Shown here: in pieces, positions 17,232-26,609 of the stretch
Numbering within the stretch: position 1 is the stretch's first letter
How the letters are laid out: each line of letters opens with the position of its first letter
Assembly: GCA_003242735.2 (NCBI GenBank)
Contig: QGVH02000009.1
Coordinates: 7,660 to 71,659 of the forward strand
Direction of reading: 5' to 3'
Origin: a bacterium
Lineage (GTDB): Bacteria > Gemmatimonadota > Gemmatimonadetes > Longimicrobiales > RSA9
DNA: 64,000 nucleotides
The notes under the pieces: generated by a model
The model's input: only the letters and a program-made list of their open reading frames with translations
What the model was told of the DNA's origin: nothing
The model's database searches: none
Program-made: the position numbers and the translations under genes

Positions 17232-19081
17232 CTCAGCTTTCCCAGCCGCTGCGCGACCGCCGCACGGAGGCGCATCTCGGTCAAATAGCACGGCAGCGAG
17301 ACAGCGGTCAGCGCCTCATCCGACAGCAGCGCGCGGATGTGCTCGTCCGACCAGCCGGGGGTGCCGCGCAGGAAGTGCGAGCGGATGACCAGCTCGCGCA
17401 GCGGCTGCTCCAGCCACTCCCGCACCAGGTCCTCCACCTCTCGCTGCGCCGCGGGGTTGCCCGCGTACTTCGCGCGCCAGCGCTCGATGTAGCCGGCGAA
17501 GACGCGGAAGTCCCGGTTGATGAGCAGGGTGTTGGTCTCCGGGATGTAGCGCGCTGCGCGCTCGACCACACCGCATTCCGCCTCGCTCACCCACACCACC
17601 TCCAGCTCGAGCAACCGGTCCAGGTCCAGCTCGGGCAGCGGCGTGTCACGGTCGCTGTCGTCGCGCTTCGGCCCCTCGCGCGGCGGCGTGGCCCGCGCCT
17701 CGTCGGGCTCCGCCCCACTCCCCGGCGCGCTGCTCCGCGTCGTGGCGGCGTTCCGCTCTCGGGCGGTGGCAGGGACGTCGTCGCCATCCTGCTTGCCGTT
17801 CCGTGAACGGGGATCTGCCTCGAGCGCGAACAGCCGCCGCAGGTTCTCGGCGCTGTTCCCGCCGATGAACAGCAGGTTGGCCAGCCCCTTCATCCGCTGC
17901 TTGAACGCCTCGGTCCGGTCCCGCGCCGAGCGCCCATCCGCCACCTCCTCCATCAGCGCCAGGATCTCCGGCGGAAGGTTCTCGCGGAACCGCTCGGCCC
18001 ACTCGTCCCAAGGCAGCGGCCGGCCGTTCACCAGCAACGCCGTGCGCGCGGTGTTGGGGACGACGCGGCACCTCCGCGTCACGCGCGGCTCCACATACAG
18101 CACCACGCGCTGGTGTCCGACCGCGATGCCGAAGCTCTGGAGCTTCGCCGTGCCCGCACGGCCCGTGTACAGCTCGTAGAGCTCACCCTGGAACAGCGCG
18201 CCCACGTGCCCGCTGGACGGGTACCGGTCCGCCAGCTCCTGCGGCACCTCCTCCGGCAGGATCCACCAGTGGGCGGTCGCATCCGGAAGGCGCACGCGCC
18301 CGCTCGCGCGGCTCACCAGGTCCAGGAAGTGCTTCATCCCGCGCACCGGCCGCACCCGCGACCGCGGCGTGCCCCAGTGCTCGCGCGCCTTCAGCTCCAC
18401 CCCTTCGGGGAGCTCGAAGAAGCGACTGTTCAGATAGCGCGTCAGCCAGAGCGAACGATTCGAATCATCTGCTGCGCCGTCGGGCGGCAGCGTCGTGTCC
18501 TCCGACTCGCTCGCGCCCAGCAGCACCACCACCGTGCCGTGCTCCCGGATCAGCGCCGGCTTGAGCGATGGGGGCGCCGGCGCCCAGTAGGCCTCCTCGC
18601 CCGGGCCGCGGCCGAGCCGCTTCAGCCCGTACTGGCCCGTCTCCGGGTTGCGCCAGAGCCAGACCATCGCGCCTTCGCCCCGCTTCCACGAGAGGTACAC
18701 GATCCCCGCCGGGTTGCGCGTCGCCGCGGCGATCTTTGCGCCCACGCCGAAGTTGCCGTCATCGGCCTGCGTTCCGGCGCTGGAGGCCAGGTGGTTGATG
18801 TACTCGACCATCTCGGGGCCGGTCATCCCCACCCCCGTGTCCACGATGCACAGCTTCGCCGCGCCGAACCGGCGGGAGTACACAGGGTCGTGATCCCACG
18901 CGACGACGCCGTTGCCGCCGGCCCGCTGCACCGCCTGGATCGCGTTGACCGTCAGTTCGCGGACGAACTGGTCCGGCGCGCAGTCCCGCCCCAGCCGTTC
19001 GAGGAGGAACGACATGTTGCGGACTCTCAGTTCGAGGGTGGGCGCGGCGTGGGTCGGGCGGGTTTTCGCACCAGCCGGCAT
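17216..19081 (-). CDS. Stand-alone GHKL (Bergerat-fold, MORC/HATPase_c_3-like) ATPase
   Basis: I chose the start at ATG 19081, which has an AGGAG SD. The upstream 177 codons of the track ORF are Arg/Pro junk. Bergerat motifs are RELTVNAIQA (motif I, with Q where D is usual), IVDTGVGM (motif II) and GNFGVGAKIAAA (motif III). These are followed by a middle domain, an acidic/basic disordered linker and a C-terminal helical domain. Confidence 0.8.
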   Translation of the reverse strand: MPAGAKTRPTHAAPTLELRVRNMSFLLERLGRDCAPDQFVRELTVNAIQAVQRAGGNGVVAWDHDPVYSRRFGAAKLCIVDTGVGMTGPEMVEYINHLASSAGTQADDGNFGVGAKIAAATRNPAGIVYLSWKRGEGAMVWLWRNPETGQYGLKRLGRGPGEEAYWAPAPPSLKPALIREHGTVVVLLGASESEDTTLPPDGAADDSNRSLWLTRYLNSRFFELPEGVELKAREHWGTPRSRVRPVRGMKHFLDLVSRASGRVRLPDATAHWWILPEEVPQELADRYPSSGHVGALFQGELYELYTGRAGTAKLQSFGIAVGHQRVVLYVEPRVTRRCRVVPNTARTALLVNGRPLPWDEWAERFRENLPPEILALMEEVADGRSARDRTEAFKQRMKGLANLLFIGGNSAENLRRLFALEADPRSRNGKQDGDDVPATARERNAATTRSSAPGSGAEPDEARATPPREGPKRDDSDRDTPLPELDLDRLLELEVVWVSEAECGVVERAARYIPETNTLLINRDFRVFAGYIERWRAKYAGNPAAQREVEDLVREWLEQPLRELVIRSHFLRGTPGWSDEHIRALLSDEALTAVSLPCYLTEMRLRAAVAQRLGKLRPAAA

Positions 19082-19433
19082 GGCGACTCCTGCGACTGTG
19101 TTCGGTGTTTCTTCGGCTCGTTGTTCTACACCCGAACGCCGCGCGGGTGCGCGTCCGGCCGCCCTCGAGCAGCCGCCAAGTGCAAGGCGCTGGCGGGCTT
19201 GACGAGTCCCGGGGCCGTTTCTACCGTTTGTTCCGGTTCCGAAACGACGGTTGCGCTCGACGCGTCGGATTCGCAGTACCGACTCATCGGGTGAGCAGGC
19301 CGCGTCGGGCGGTGCGACGCTCGGGGCGGCTTTTCTACGCCCCGTGGCCGGAGACACGCCAGTTCCACGACCCCGCCCTCGCCCCCGCCCGTTCCCTTGC
19401 CCGGGGGCGCCGGGCCGGGGAGGAGGCAAGGGA

Positions 19434-20474
19434 ATGATTTCGGTCGAGTCCGTCACGAAACGCTTTGGCGCGTTGACGGCGGTGGACGGCGTCAGCTTCG
19501 AGGTGCGGCGCGGCGAAGTCGTCGGGTTCCTGGGCCCGAACGGGGCGGGGAAGACGACGACGATGCGGATGCTGGCCGGCACGCTCCAGCCGGACGCGGG
19601 CGCGGTGCTCATGGATGGCCGCCCGATTTCGGAGGACCTGACCGCAGCGCGCCGGCGGATCGGCTACATGCCGGAGAGCAACGCGCTGTACACCGAGATG
19701 CTGGTCAGCGAGTACCTGGACTTCGTGGCGGAGCTGCGTGGGCTGCGGGGCCCGGACCGGCGCAGCGCGCTGCGGGACGCCGTCGAGCAGACCGGCATCG
19801 GCGACGTCTACTACCGTCCGATCGGCCAGCTCTCCAAGGGGTACCGCCAGCGGGTGGGGCTCGCCGCGGCGATCCTGCACCGTCCGGAGGTGCTGATCCT
19901 CGACGAGCCGACGGAGGGGCTGGACCCCAACCAGCGCGTCGAGATCCGGCGGCTGATCCGTGAGCTGGGGAAGGACCGCACGGTCATCCTGAGCACACAC
20001 GTGCTGGGCGAGGTGGAAGCGACGTGCAGCCGGCTGCTGATCATCAGCCGTGGCCGCGTCGCCGCGGACGGCGGCGTGGCGGAGCTGCTGGACCGCGGGC
20101 GTGCGGGTGCACGCTACGTGGTCGAGGCCGAGGGCGACGACGTCGTCACCGCCCTCGCCGCGCTGCCCGGCGTCACGCGGCACAGCAGCGTGCGCGTGGA
20201 CGGCCGCATGCGCGTGGAGCTGGTGGCGAGCGGCGACACGGATCTGAGGCCGCTGATCTTCCGCAGCGCGCTGGAGCGCGGCTGGACGCTCTGGGAGCTG
20301 CACCGAGAGCGGCAGAGTCTCGAGGAGCTGTTCCGGGAGTTGACAGGCTCCGCAGAGCCGGGCTCCCAGGCTTCGCGCCGGGACGGGGCATCCAGCCCAG
20401 CGCAGCCTAGCGGGCGCGGAGCGCCCGTGGAGCCCGGTGTGGCGGCGTCCGCCGGAAAGGAGGCCCTGCGATGA
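19434..20474 (+). CDS. ABC transporter ATP-binding protein (GldA-like)
   Basis: The start is ATG 19434 after AGGAGG. It has Walker A GPNGAGKTT, signature LSKGYRQR and Walker B ILDEPTEGLD. Confidence 0.9.
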   Translation: MISVESVTKRFGALTAVDGVSFEVRRGEVVGFLGPNGAGKTTTMRMLAGTLQPDAGAVLMDGRPISEDLTAARRRIGYMPESNALYTEMLVSEYLDFVAELRGLRGPDRRSALRDAVEQTGIGDVYYRPIGQLSKGYRQRVGLAAAILHRPEVLILDEPTEGLDPNQRVEIRRLIRELGKDRTVILSTHVLGEVEATCSRLLIISRGRVAADGGVAELLDRGRAGARYVVEAEGDDVVTALAALPGVTRHSSVRVDGRMRVELVASGDTDLRPLIFRSALERGWTLWELHRERQSLEELFRELTGSAEPGSQASRRDGASSPAQPSGRGAPVEPGVAASAGKEALR

Positions 20475-22726
20475 ACCGCACGTGGATCCTGGCCCGCCGC
20501 GAGTTCCGGAGCTACTTCGACCACCCCACCGCATACGTGCTGGTGGTGGCGTTCCTCGCGCTGGCGCTCTTCTTCGCCTTCCGCGCGCTGTACGCGGGCG
20601 GCGTGGCGACGCTGCGCGGGATGTTCTCGCTGCTGCCCTGGCTGCTCGCGGTTTTCATTCCTGCGATCACGATGCGCTCGCTCGCCGAGGAGCGTCGCAG
20701 CGGCACGCTCGAATGGCTGGTCGCGCAGCCGATCACCGAGCTGGACGTCGTGCTGGGCAAGTTCCTCGGCAACTGGCTGTTCGCCCTGACCGCCCTCGCC
20801 GGCACGCTGCCCGCTGCGCTGGGCGTGTGGCTGGTGTCCGAGGCGGACCCGGGCATCATGGTGGCGCAGTACGTGGGTGCGGCGCTGATGACGGCGCAAC
20901 TCGTGGCGATCGGGCTGTTCGCATCCAGCGCCACGCGCAACCAGATCACGGCGTTCATCCTCGCGCTCGCGATCAACTTCGCGCTGGTGCTGATGGGGCT
21001 GCCGATCGTGACCCTCGGCCTGCCCGGTCTGCTCGCGGAGGCGGCGCAGCGGCTGGCGTTGCTGGATCACTTCGACGCGGTGGCGCGGGGCGTGATCGAC
21101 CTGCGCGACGTCCTGTACTTCGTCTCGATGGCGGGGCTGTTCGTCGCCCTGACCTACCTGCTCGTCGCGGGGGAGAGGCTGAGCCCCGCCCGCGGCGCGC
21201 TTCGTCGGCTGCGCATCGGGACCGCCGCGCTCGCCGTCGCCGTGCTCGCGTCGAACCTGCTGGGCGCGCGCATCCACGGCCGGATCGACCTCACGCGCGG
21301 CAACCTGTACACGCTGTCCTCGGGCACGAAGCGGGTGCTCAAAGGGCTCGACGACGTCGTCACGATCAAGCTCGTGGTCTCGCAGGAGCTGCCGCCGGAG
21401 GTCATGCTCACCCTGCGCGACGTGCGCGACCTGTTGGCGGACTATCGGCGCGCGGCGGACGGGCGGCTGCGCATCGAGGAGCTGCACCCGGACCGCGACA
21501 CGACGGCGGCGTCGGAGGCGAGCGGTCTCGGCATCCAGCCGATCCAGTTCAACGTGCTGCGCGGCGACGAGTTCCAGGTCAAGCGCGGGTGGCTCGGCCT
21601 GGCCGTGCTGTACGCGGACAAGCGCGAGGTCATCCCGCTGATCGACCGGACGGACGACCTCGAGTACCGGCTCACGTCCATGATCGCCGCCCTGACCACG
21701 GACCGGAAGCCGCGGCTCGCGTTCCTGTCCGGCTTCGGCGCGCGCTCGATCTGGGAGTTCGGCGCGTTCCGCGAGGTCGTGCAGCGGCAGTACGACGTGC
21801 GCTCCGTCGACATCGAGAACGATACGACGATCGTGCTCTCGCCGGATTCGTTCGAGGTGGCGGTGCTGGCCGCCCCGCAGCGGCCGCTGGACGCCGCCGC
21901 GCTGGACCGGCTCCGCTCGTACCTCGATGCCGGCGGCGCCGCGCTGCTGCTCCTGGACGGCACGCGGCTCAACCCGCAGATGCCGATGTCCGATCCGGTG
22001 TTCACCGGCCTCGATCCGCTGCTGGAGGAGTACGGCGTCCGCCTCGTTTCGTCGCTGGCGTACGACCTGCGTTCGAACGAGCAGGTCTCGCTCGGCCGGC
22101 AGGGGTTCTTCAACGTCATCACGTCGTACCCCTACTGGCCGATCGTCCTGCCCGCGAGTGACGACCATACGTTGACGCGCGGGCTCAGCGCCCTCAGCCT
22201 CGCGTGGGCGTCGCCGCTCGAGATCACGGACAGCGCGCGGGTCCGGCCGCTCTTCACGACCACCGAGTACGGCGGCCGGCAGCCGGCCGGCACCATCATC
22301 GCGCCGGACGTGCCGCCCAACCCGGATCCGTCGGAGCTCGGGCCGCAGATCATGGCGGTCGCGGTCGAGCCGCGTGCGGCGGAGGCGGATGGCGAGGTCG
22401 CGGGCGCCAGCGAGCGCCGCGGTCGCCTCGTCGTCATCGGCGACGTGGACTTCCTGCAGGACCGCTTCGTCCAGTCCAATCCGCAGAACCTCGCCTTCGC
22501 CGCCAACGCGGTGGACTGGCTCGCGCAGGACGAGGCGCTGATCGCGATCCGCGCCAAGAACCGCACCCCGCCGCCGCTCGTCTTCGAGACGGACTTCACG
22601 CGGGCCGCGCTCAAGTGGGGGAACCTGGTGGGCGTGCCTCTGCTGTTCGTCGCCTGGGGCACGTCCCGTGTGCTGCGTCGCCGGCGCCTCGCCTCGCGGC
22701 GCTGGCAGGAGGAGCTGGCCGCATGA
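20471..22726 (+). CDS. Fusion of an ABC-2 permease (GldF-like) and a GldG-like auxiliary domain
   Basis: The start overlaps the upstream stop (ATGA). The N-terminal 240 aa hold six TM segments of ABC-2 type. The remainder resembles the ABC-type uncharacterized transport system auxiliary component and ends in a C-terminal TM anchor. Confidence 0.85.
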   Translation: MNRTWILARREFRSYFDHPTAYVLVVAFLALALFFAFRALYAGGVATLRGMFSLLPWLLAVFIPAITMRSLAEERRSGTLEWLVAQPITELDVVLGKFLGNWLFALTALAGTLPAALGVWLVSEADPGIMVAQYVGAALMTAQLVAIGLFASSATRNQITAFILALAINFALVLMGLPIVTLGLPGLLAEAAQRLALLDHFDAVARGVIDLRDVLYFVSMAGLFVALTYLLVAGERLSPARGALRRLRIGTAALAVAVLASNLLGARIHGRIDLTRGNLYTLSSGTKRVLKGLDDVVTIKLVVSQELPPEVMLTLRDVRDLLADYRRAADGRLRIEELHPDRDTTAASEASGLGIQPIQFNVLRGDEFQVKRGWLGLAVLYADKREVIPLIDRTDDLEYRLTSMIAALTTDRKPRLAFLSGFGARSIWEFGAFREVVQRQYDVRSVDIENDTTIVLSPDSFEVAVLAAPQRPLDAAALDRLRSYLDAGGAALLLLDGTRLNPQMPMSDPVFTGLDPLLEEYGVRLVSSLAYDLRSNEQVSLGRQGFFNVITSYPYWPIVLPASDDHTLTRGLSALSLAWASPLEITDSARVRPLFTTTEYGGRQPAGTIIAPDVPPNPDPSELGPQIMAVAVEPRAAEADGEVAGASERRGRLVVIGDVDFLQDRFVQSNPQNLAFAANAVDWLAQDEALIAIRAKNRTPPPLVFETDFTRAALKWGNLVGVPLLFVAWGTSRVLRRRRLASRRWQEELAA

Positions 22727-23673
22727 GTGAGAAGACGCTTCGCATCATCGTCGGCGTCGCGGTGCTGCTCGTCGCTGCCTACGCGCTCACCGCCATGGTC
22801 GGCGGCAGCACCTCCGCCGACCGCGACGGCACGGCGCGCACGCTGGTCCGCGCCCTCGCCGGCGCGAGCAAGGGCCTCTCGCTCGTCCGCATCGTCGGCC
22901 CCGAGCCCGGCGACAGCGTCGAGCTCGTGCGCGGGGACGACGGCACCTGGACCGTGAACGGCAGGCCGGCGGACTCCGCGGCCGTGGCGCGCCTCGAGGA
23001 GGCGCTCGAGGGCGCCCGGGTCGGTCATCTCGCCGCGACGAACCCGGACAACCACAAGCGCCTGGGCGTCGCGGCGGACAGCACCTGGCGCCTCGAGCTG
23101 CACCGTGCGAGCCGCGGCGATCCGGTCCGGCTGCTGGTCGGCAACAACGGGCCCAGCTACCCGAGCGCCTACGTCCGCCTGCCGGACTCCGACGAAGTGT
23201 ACGTCCTGCTGGGCAACCTCGTGAGCGCGGTGCGCCGTCCCGCGGCGGAGTGGCGCGACCGTATCGTGGTGCGCGTGGACACCGCGGCGGTGCGGCGCGT
23301 CGTCGTCATGCGCGACGAGGAGACGTACGAGCTGCAGCGCGACTCTGCGCGCTGGGTGGTGGGCGACGCACCGGCCGACTCGGTGACGGTCGGCGACCTG
23401 CTGGCGGAGCTCGCGCGGCTCGAGGCGCAGGCGTTCGTGGAGGACACGGTCGCCCTGGGCGACGGCGTCACGCGCTCCGTCGTCGCGCTGGGCGAGGCCG
23501 GCGACACGCTGGCGCTGGTTCGCATCGCCCCGACGGAGCAGAGCTGGACGTGGCGCGCCACCGCCGCCGGCAAGGCCGCCGCGAAGGGGTTGGGCGAGGA
23601 CGCGTTCGAGCTGTCGAGCTGGCGGGTGGACCGCATCACGCCGGAGAAGGGGAAGGTGGCGGGCGGCCAGTGA
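22723..23673 (+). CDS. DUF4340-like protein (third gene of the GldA/F/G-type operon)
   Basis: ATG 22723 overlaps the upstream stop (ATGA). It has an N-terminal anchor IIVGVAVLLVAAYALTAMV. The family call rests on position and architecture only. Confidence 0.7.
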   Translation: MSEKTLRIIVGVAVLLVAAYALTAMVGGSTSADRDGTARTLVRALAGASKGLSLVRIVGPEPGDSVELVRGDDGTWTVNGRPADSAAVARLEEALEGARVGHLAATNPDNHKRLGVAADSTWRLELHRASRGDPVRLLVGNNGPSYPSAYVRLPDSDEVYVLLGNLVSAVRRPAAEWRDRIVVRVDTAAVRRVVVMRDEETYELQRDSARWVVGDAPADSVTVGDLLAELARLEAQAFVEDTVALGDGVTRSVVALGEAGDTLALVRIAPTEQSWTWRATAAGKAAAKGLGEDAFELSSWRVDRITPEKGKVAGGQ

Positions 23674-24135
23674 CGGGGCCGGGCAGCCAGGACCAGCAGT
23701 CCTGGACTGCCGCATGAAACGAAAGGCGGTTGCTACCGGCCGCAGCGGGCGTGAGTCTCGCGATCGTTGCCGGGTCCGGTCCGCGCCGCCTGAATTGTTT
23801 GATCATGGGGGCGGCACTGCGTGGATCCCCGACGTGGAGCTGGTCGGTCGCCCTCGCCCTCCCGTATCAGTCTTGACAGAGGGTCTCCCGAAGTACACCC
23901 CTGGAGCGAGCGCCCTTCCGAGGGACGCCCTCGCCGCTGGCCGATTCGTCTGTACGGGCGACGGTCAACATTGCGCGTGACCCGCCGGGGGAGACGGTCG
24001 CTGGAGCCCGCCGTGCGGCATGGGCGAGGGCCGGGGCCGTGCAGGTAAGCGTGTGACGGATGTCAGGAGCTGGCTCGTGCGGGCATTGAGTCAGGCGGCA
24101 TCGCGGCGTCGACGCTCACGATCTCGGCTCGAGGT

Positions 24136-25200
24136 GTGGACGGACAGGTGCGCGGGACGGGCATCGACGTCCGGGACAGCAGCGGGATCCGAATCGTCGA
24201 CAACCGCCTCCAAGACGTTCCCCTCGCAAACCGGCGGGTGTCGGACCGGCCCGTCACCCGGATCGGCGTCGTTGAGGGCGCTCCTGCCTGTACGACGCCA
24301 GCGGCACGCACATCGTGACGGTCGGACGGACAGGTGAGGGGCCGGGCGAGTTCCGGACCCTCATGGGAATCGGGGCGTTGCCTGCCGACTCGATCCTGGC
24401 CTTCGATTGGAACCTCAGACGCGCGTCCGTGTTCGGGCCGGCCGGGGAGTTCGTCCGCTCTTTCCAGCTGGAGCCCGGCGATGACGGTTTGCCTCGACCG
24501 ATCGGCGTGATGGGAGGGTCCCTGCTGGTATCTTCTGCCCTGATTTTCGATCCTTCCAGCCCGGATGGCGTGCATCGAATCACGGCCACCTTGTATCGCT
24601 ACGATCTCGAGGGTCATCGCCTGGCTACACTGGGTGAGATCCTCGATGCGGAACGGTACGTCCGCTCGGACGAGAACGCACCGAGTGTTCGGTTCACGCT
24701 CCCCCCTTCGGGAGGAGTACGCGGGTCGCGACCGCTGGCGACCATTTCTTCCTTGCCCGCCAGTCGACCTACCAGATCGAGCGGTACACGAGCGAGGGGA
24801 AGCTCGATCGGCTCGTGCGGAGATCGTTTACGCCGCGGCGCGTCAACCGCGGGCACATCGATGCGTTCAAGAGAAAGCGACTCGCGAGCCCGGGGGAGCC
24901 GCGGAGATCCATCGACGCCCGCCTGCTCGCGGAGGTTCCGTTCCCGGAGACGTTCCCTCCGCACGGACAGATCCGAGTCGACTCCGAGGGCTACATCTGG
25001 GTGCAGGATGATCCGATCCCGGGGGCAGTGAGGAATCGCAGTGGACCGTGTTCACGCCCACGGGGCGCCTGCTCGGCACGTTGCGCCTCCCACGAAACTT
25101 CGAGGTCTTCGAGATCGGTGCGGACTACGTTCTGGGGCTCGCCAGGGACGACAACGACGTGGAGACCGTCGAGCTCTATCGGCTGGAACGTTCGAAGTGA
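24136..25200 (+). pseudogene. Decayed 6-bladed beta-propeller (NHL-like) protein gene
   Basis: Family-like segments lie in three different frames: VRDSSGIRIVDN...RIGVVEG (frame of 24136), LYDASGTHIVTVGRTGEGPGEF...VRFTLPP (frame of 24315), FGRSTRVATAGDHFFLARQSTYQIERYTSEGKLDRLVRRSF...YIWVQDDPIPG (frame of 24815), then SEESQWTVFTPTGRLLGTLRLPRNFEVFEIGADYVLGLARDDNDVETVELYRLERSK ending at 25200. Two of the shifts sit at C6 and G5 homopolymers, and an internal deletion lies near 24270-24290. The signal-peptide region is missing. Confidence 0.7.
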
Positions 25201-25365
25201 GAGAGGAGCGTCCGTTGCGCGCCTCTCCCCCCAGCGTCCCCTCGATCACGCGTCCCTCGTGGTTCGAACTCTCCCGCCGCCGCACCGGTGGTCTCCGGTG
25301 AGCCGGGCCGGCGCGTCCCCGGAACCCTGTCCAACCATTCCTTCCCTCGGGAGGGAGGTTCTTGC

Positions 25366-26232
25366 ATGTCGACCCGTCGCGCCCTCATGCGCACTGCCGG
25401 GCCGTACGTCGCTGCCGTGCTCGTCGTGGCGGCCGCGGCCCTGGCCATCGACACGCTGGGCGGCGGCAGCCGGCCGCTGGCTCCGAGCCGGATCACCATC
25501 ACGGCCGACGAATACGTCTTCCTCATGCCCGACACCGTTCCCGCCGGCACCGCGACGCTGGAGCTGGTCAACCGCGGCGAAGAGCTGCACCACGCCATGC
25601 TGATCCGGCTGGACGAGGACAGGACACTCGAGGAGTTGCGGGAGGAGTTGCAGGCGGCGCTCCAGGCCGGCAGTGAGCCGCGTCCGTGGGTCGTCTTCGC
25701 CGGCGGGCCGAACGCGGTGGATCCGGGTGTGAGCGCCAGCGTGACGGTCGCGCTGGAGCCCGGCCGCTATGCGCTGGTCTGCCTCATCGCTTCGCCGGAC
25801 GGCGACCTGCACGCGGCGAAGGGGATGATCCGTGAGCTGATCGTGGTCCCCGCGCACGCCGCGACGGAGACGCCCCCCGCCGATGCCGCCATCGTGCTCT
25901 CGGATTACGACTTCGAGTTCTCCACGCAGCTCGCGGCGGGCAGGCACACGCTGCACGTCCGCAACGATGCGGCGCAGTGGCACGAGATCCAGCTCTTCCG
26001 GCTCCATCCCGGCAAGACGGTCGAGGACCTCGAGCGGTGGCTCGCGGCCGGAGACGGGCCGCCGCCGGGCGCGAGCATCGGCGGCGTGGCCGCGCTCTCG
26101 CAGGGCCATGCCAACAACCTCGAGCTGAACCTGCCCCCTGGCGAGTACGCACTCGTCTGCTTCCTGCCGGACGCGCGGGACGGCAAGCCCCACTTCGTGC
26201 ACGGGATGATCGAGGGGTTCACGGTGCAGTAG
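25366..26232 (+). CDS. Secreted or anchored protein with two cupredoxin-like repeats (hypothetical)
   Basis: The start is ATG 25366 after GGGAGG, with an N-terminal TM/signal segment. There are two internal repeats, each with a His...Cys-x(9-10)-His-x4-Met pattern (HHAM...LVCLIASPDGDLHAAKGM and HEIQ...LVCFLPDARDGKPHFVHGM) like type-1 copper ligands. Confidence 0.6.
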   Translation: MSTRRALMRTAGPYVAAVLVVAAAALAIDTLGGGSRPLAPSRITITADEYVFLMPDTVPAGTATLELVNRGEELHHAMLIRLDEDRTLEELREELQAALQAGSEPRPWVVFAGGPNAVDPGVSASVTVALEPGRYALVCLIASPDGDLHAAKGMIRELIVVPAHAATETPPADAAIVLSDYDFEFSTQLAAGRHTLHVRNDAAQWHEIQLFRLHPGKTVEDLERWLAAGDGPPPGASIGGVAALSQGHANNLELNLPPGEYALVCFLPDARDGKPHFVHGMIEGFTVQ

Positions 26233-26525
26233 CCGCGGACGGGCGCGCGGCCTTCCCTCGCCGCCACCCCTCCCGGGCCGGGGCGTGGGCGGCGGCGGCA
26301 AGGGACGAGGCGCCGCCCAGTCCATGGCGCGGCCGCACGGCAAACGTCCCCGCCCGCGGTTACACCCGCAGGTCCCCCGCCCGGGGTGACGGCGCGGATG
26401 CAGGGCGGTCTCCTGGGTGGAAGGGCGCAGCGGGAGGGGCGCCTCCTCCCCCGGCCGCGGCTCAGGGGAGGAGCCGGGGTGGAAGGGGCGACCCGGCCTC
26501 GCCCGCAGCCGATGGGGCCGCGCGG

Positions 26526-26554
26526 TTGACTCGCCCGCCCACCCGCCTTACATC
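26526..26554 (+). promoter_or_regulatory. Candidate sigma70-type promoter of the metalloprotease gene
   Basis: TTGACT (26526-26531), a 17-nt spacer, then TACATC (26549-26554), about 55 nt upstream of ATG 26610. Confidence 0.3.
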
Positions 26555-26609
26555 CCTGCGCGGCTGGCGTTTGCCAGCAGGCAGTTCCCGCCCGATACGG
26601 AGTGTGTTC

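Noticed and set aside
17216-19612. Full 798-aa version of the GHKL ORF
   Set aside because: The first 177 codons are Arg/Pro/Gly-rich and run into the divergent ABC promoter region. ATG 19081 has an AGGAG RBS and lies just before the ATPase domain.
25255-25278. GGTTCGAAC, a T-loop-like word suggesting a tRNA
   Set aside because: The flanks cannot form a T stem, an acceptor stem or an anticodon arm. The word lies just downstream of the pseudogene stop (25200), in the gap before the next gene.
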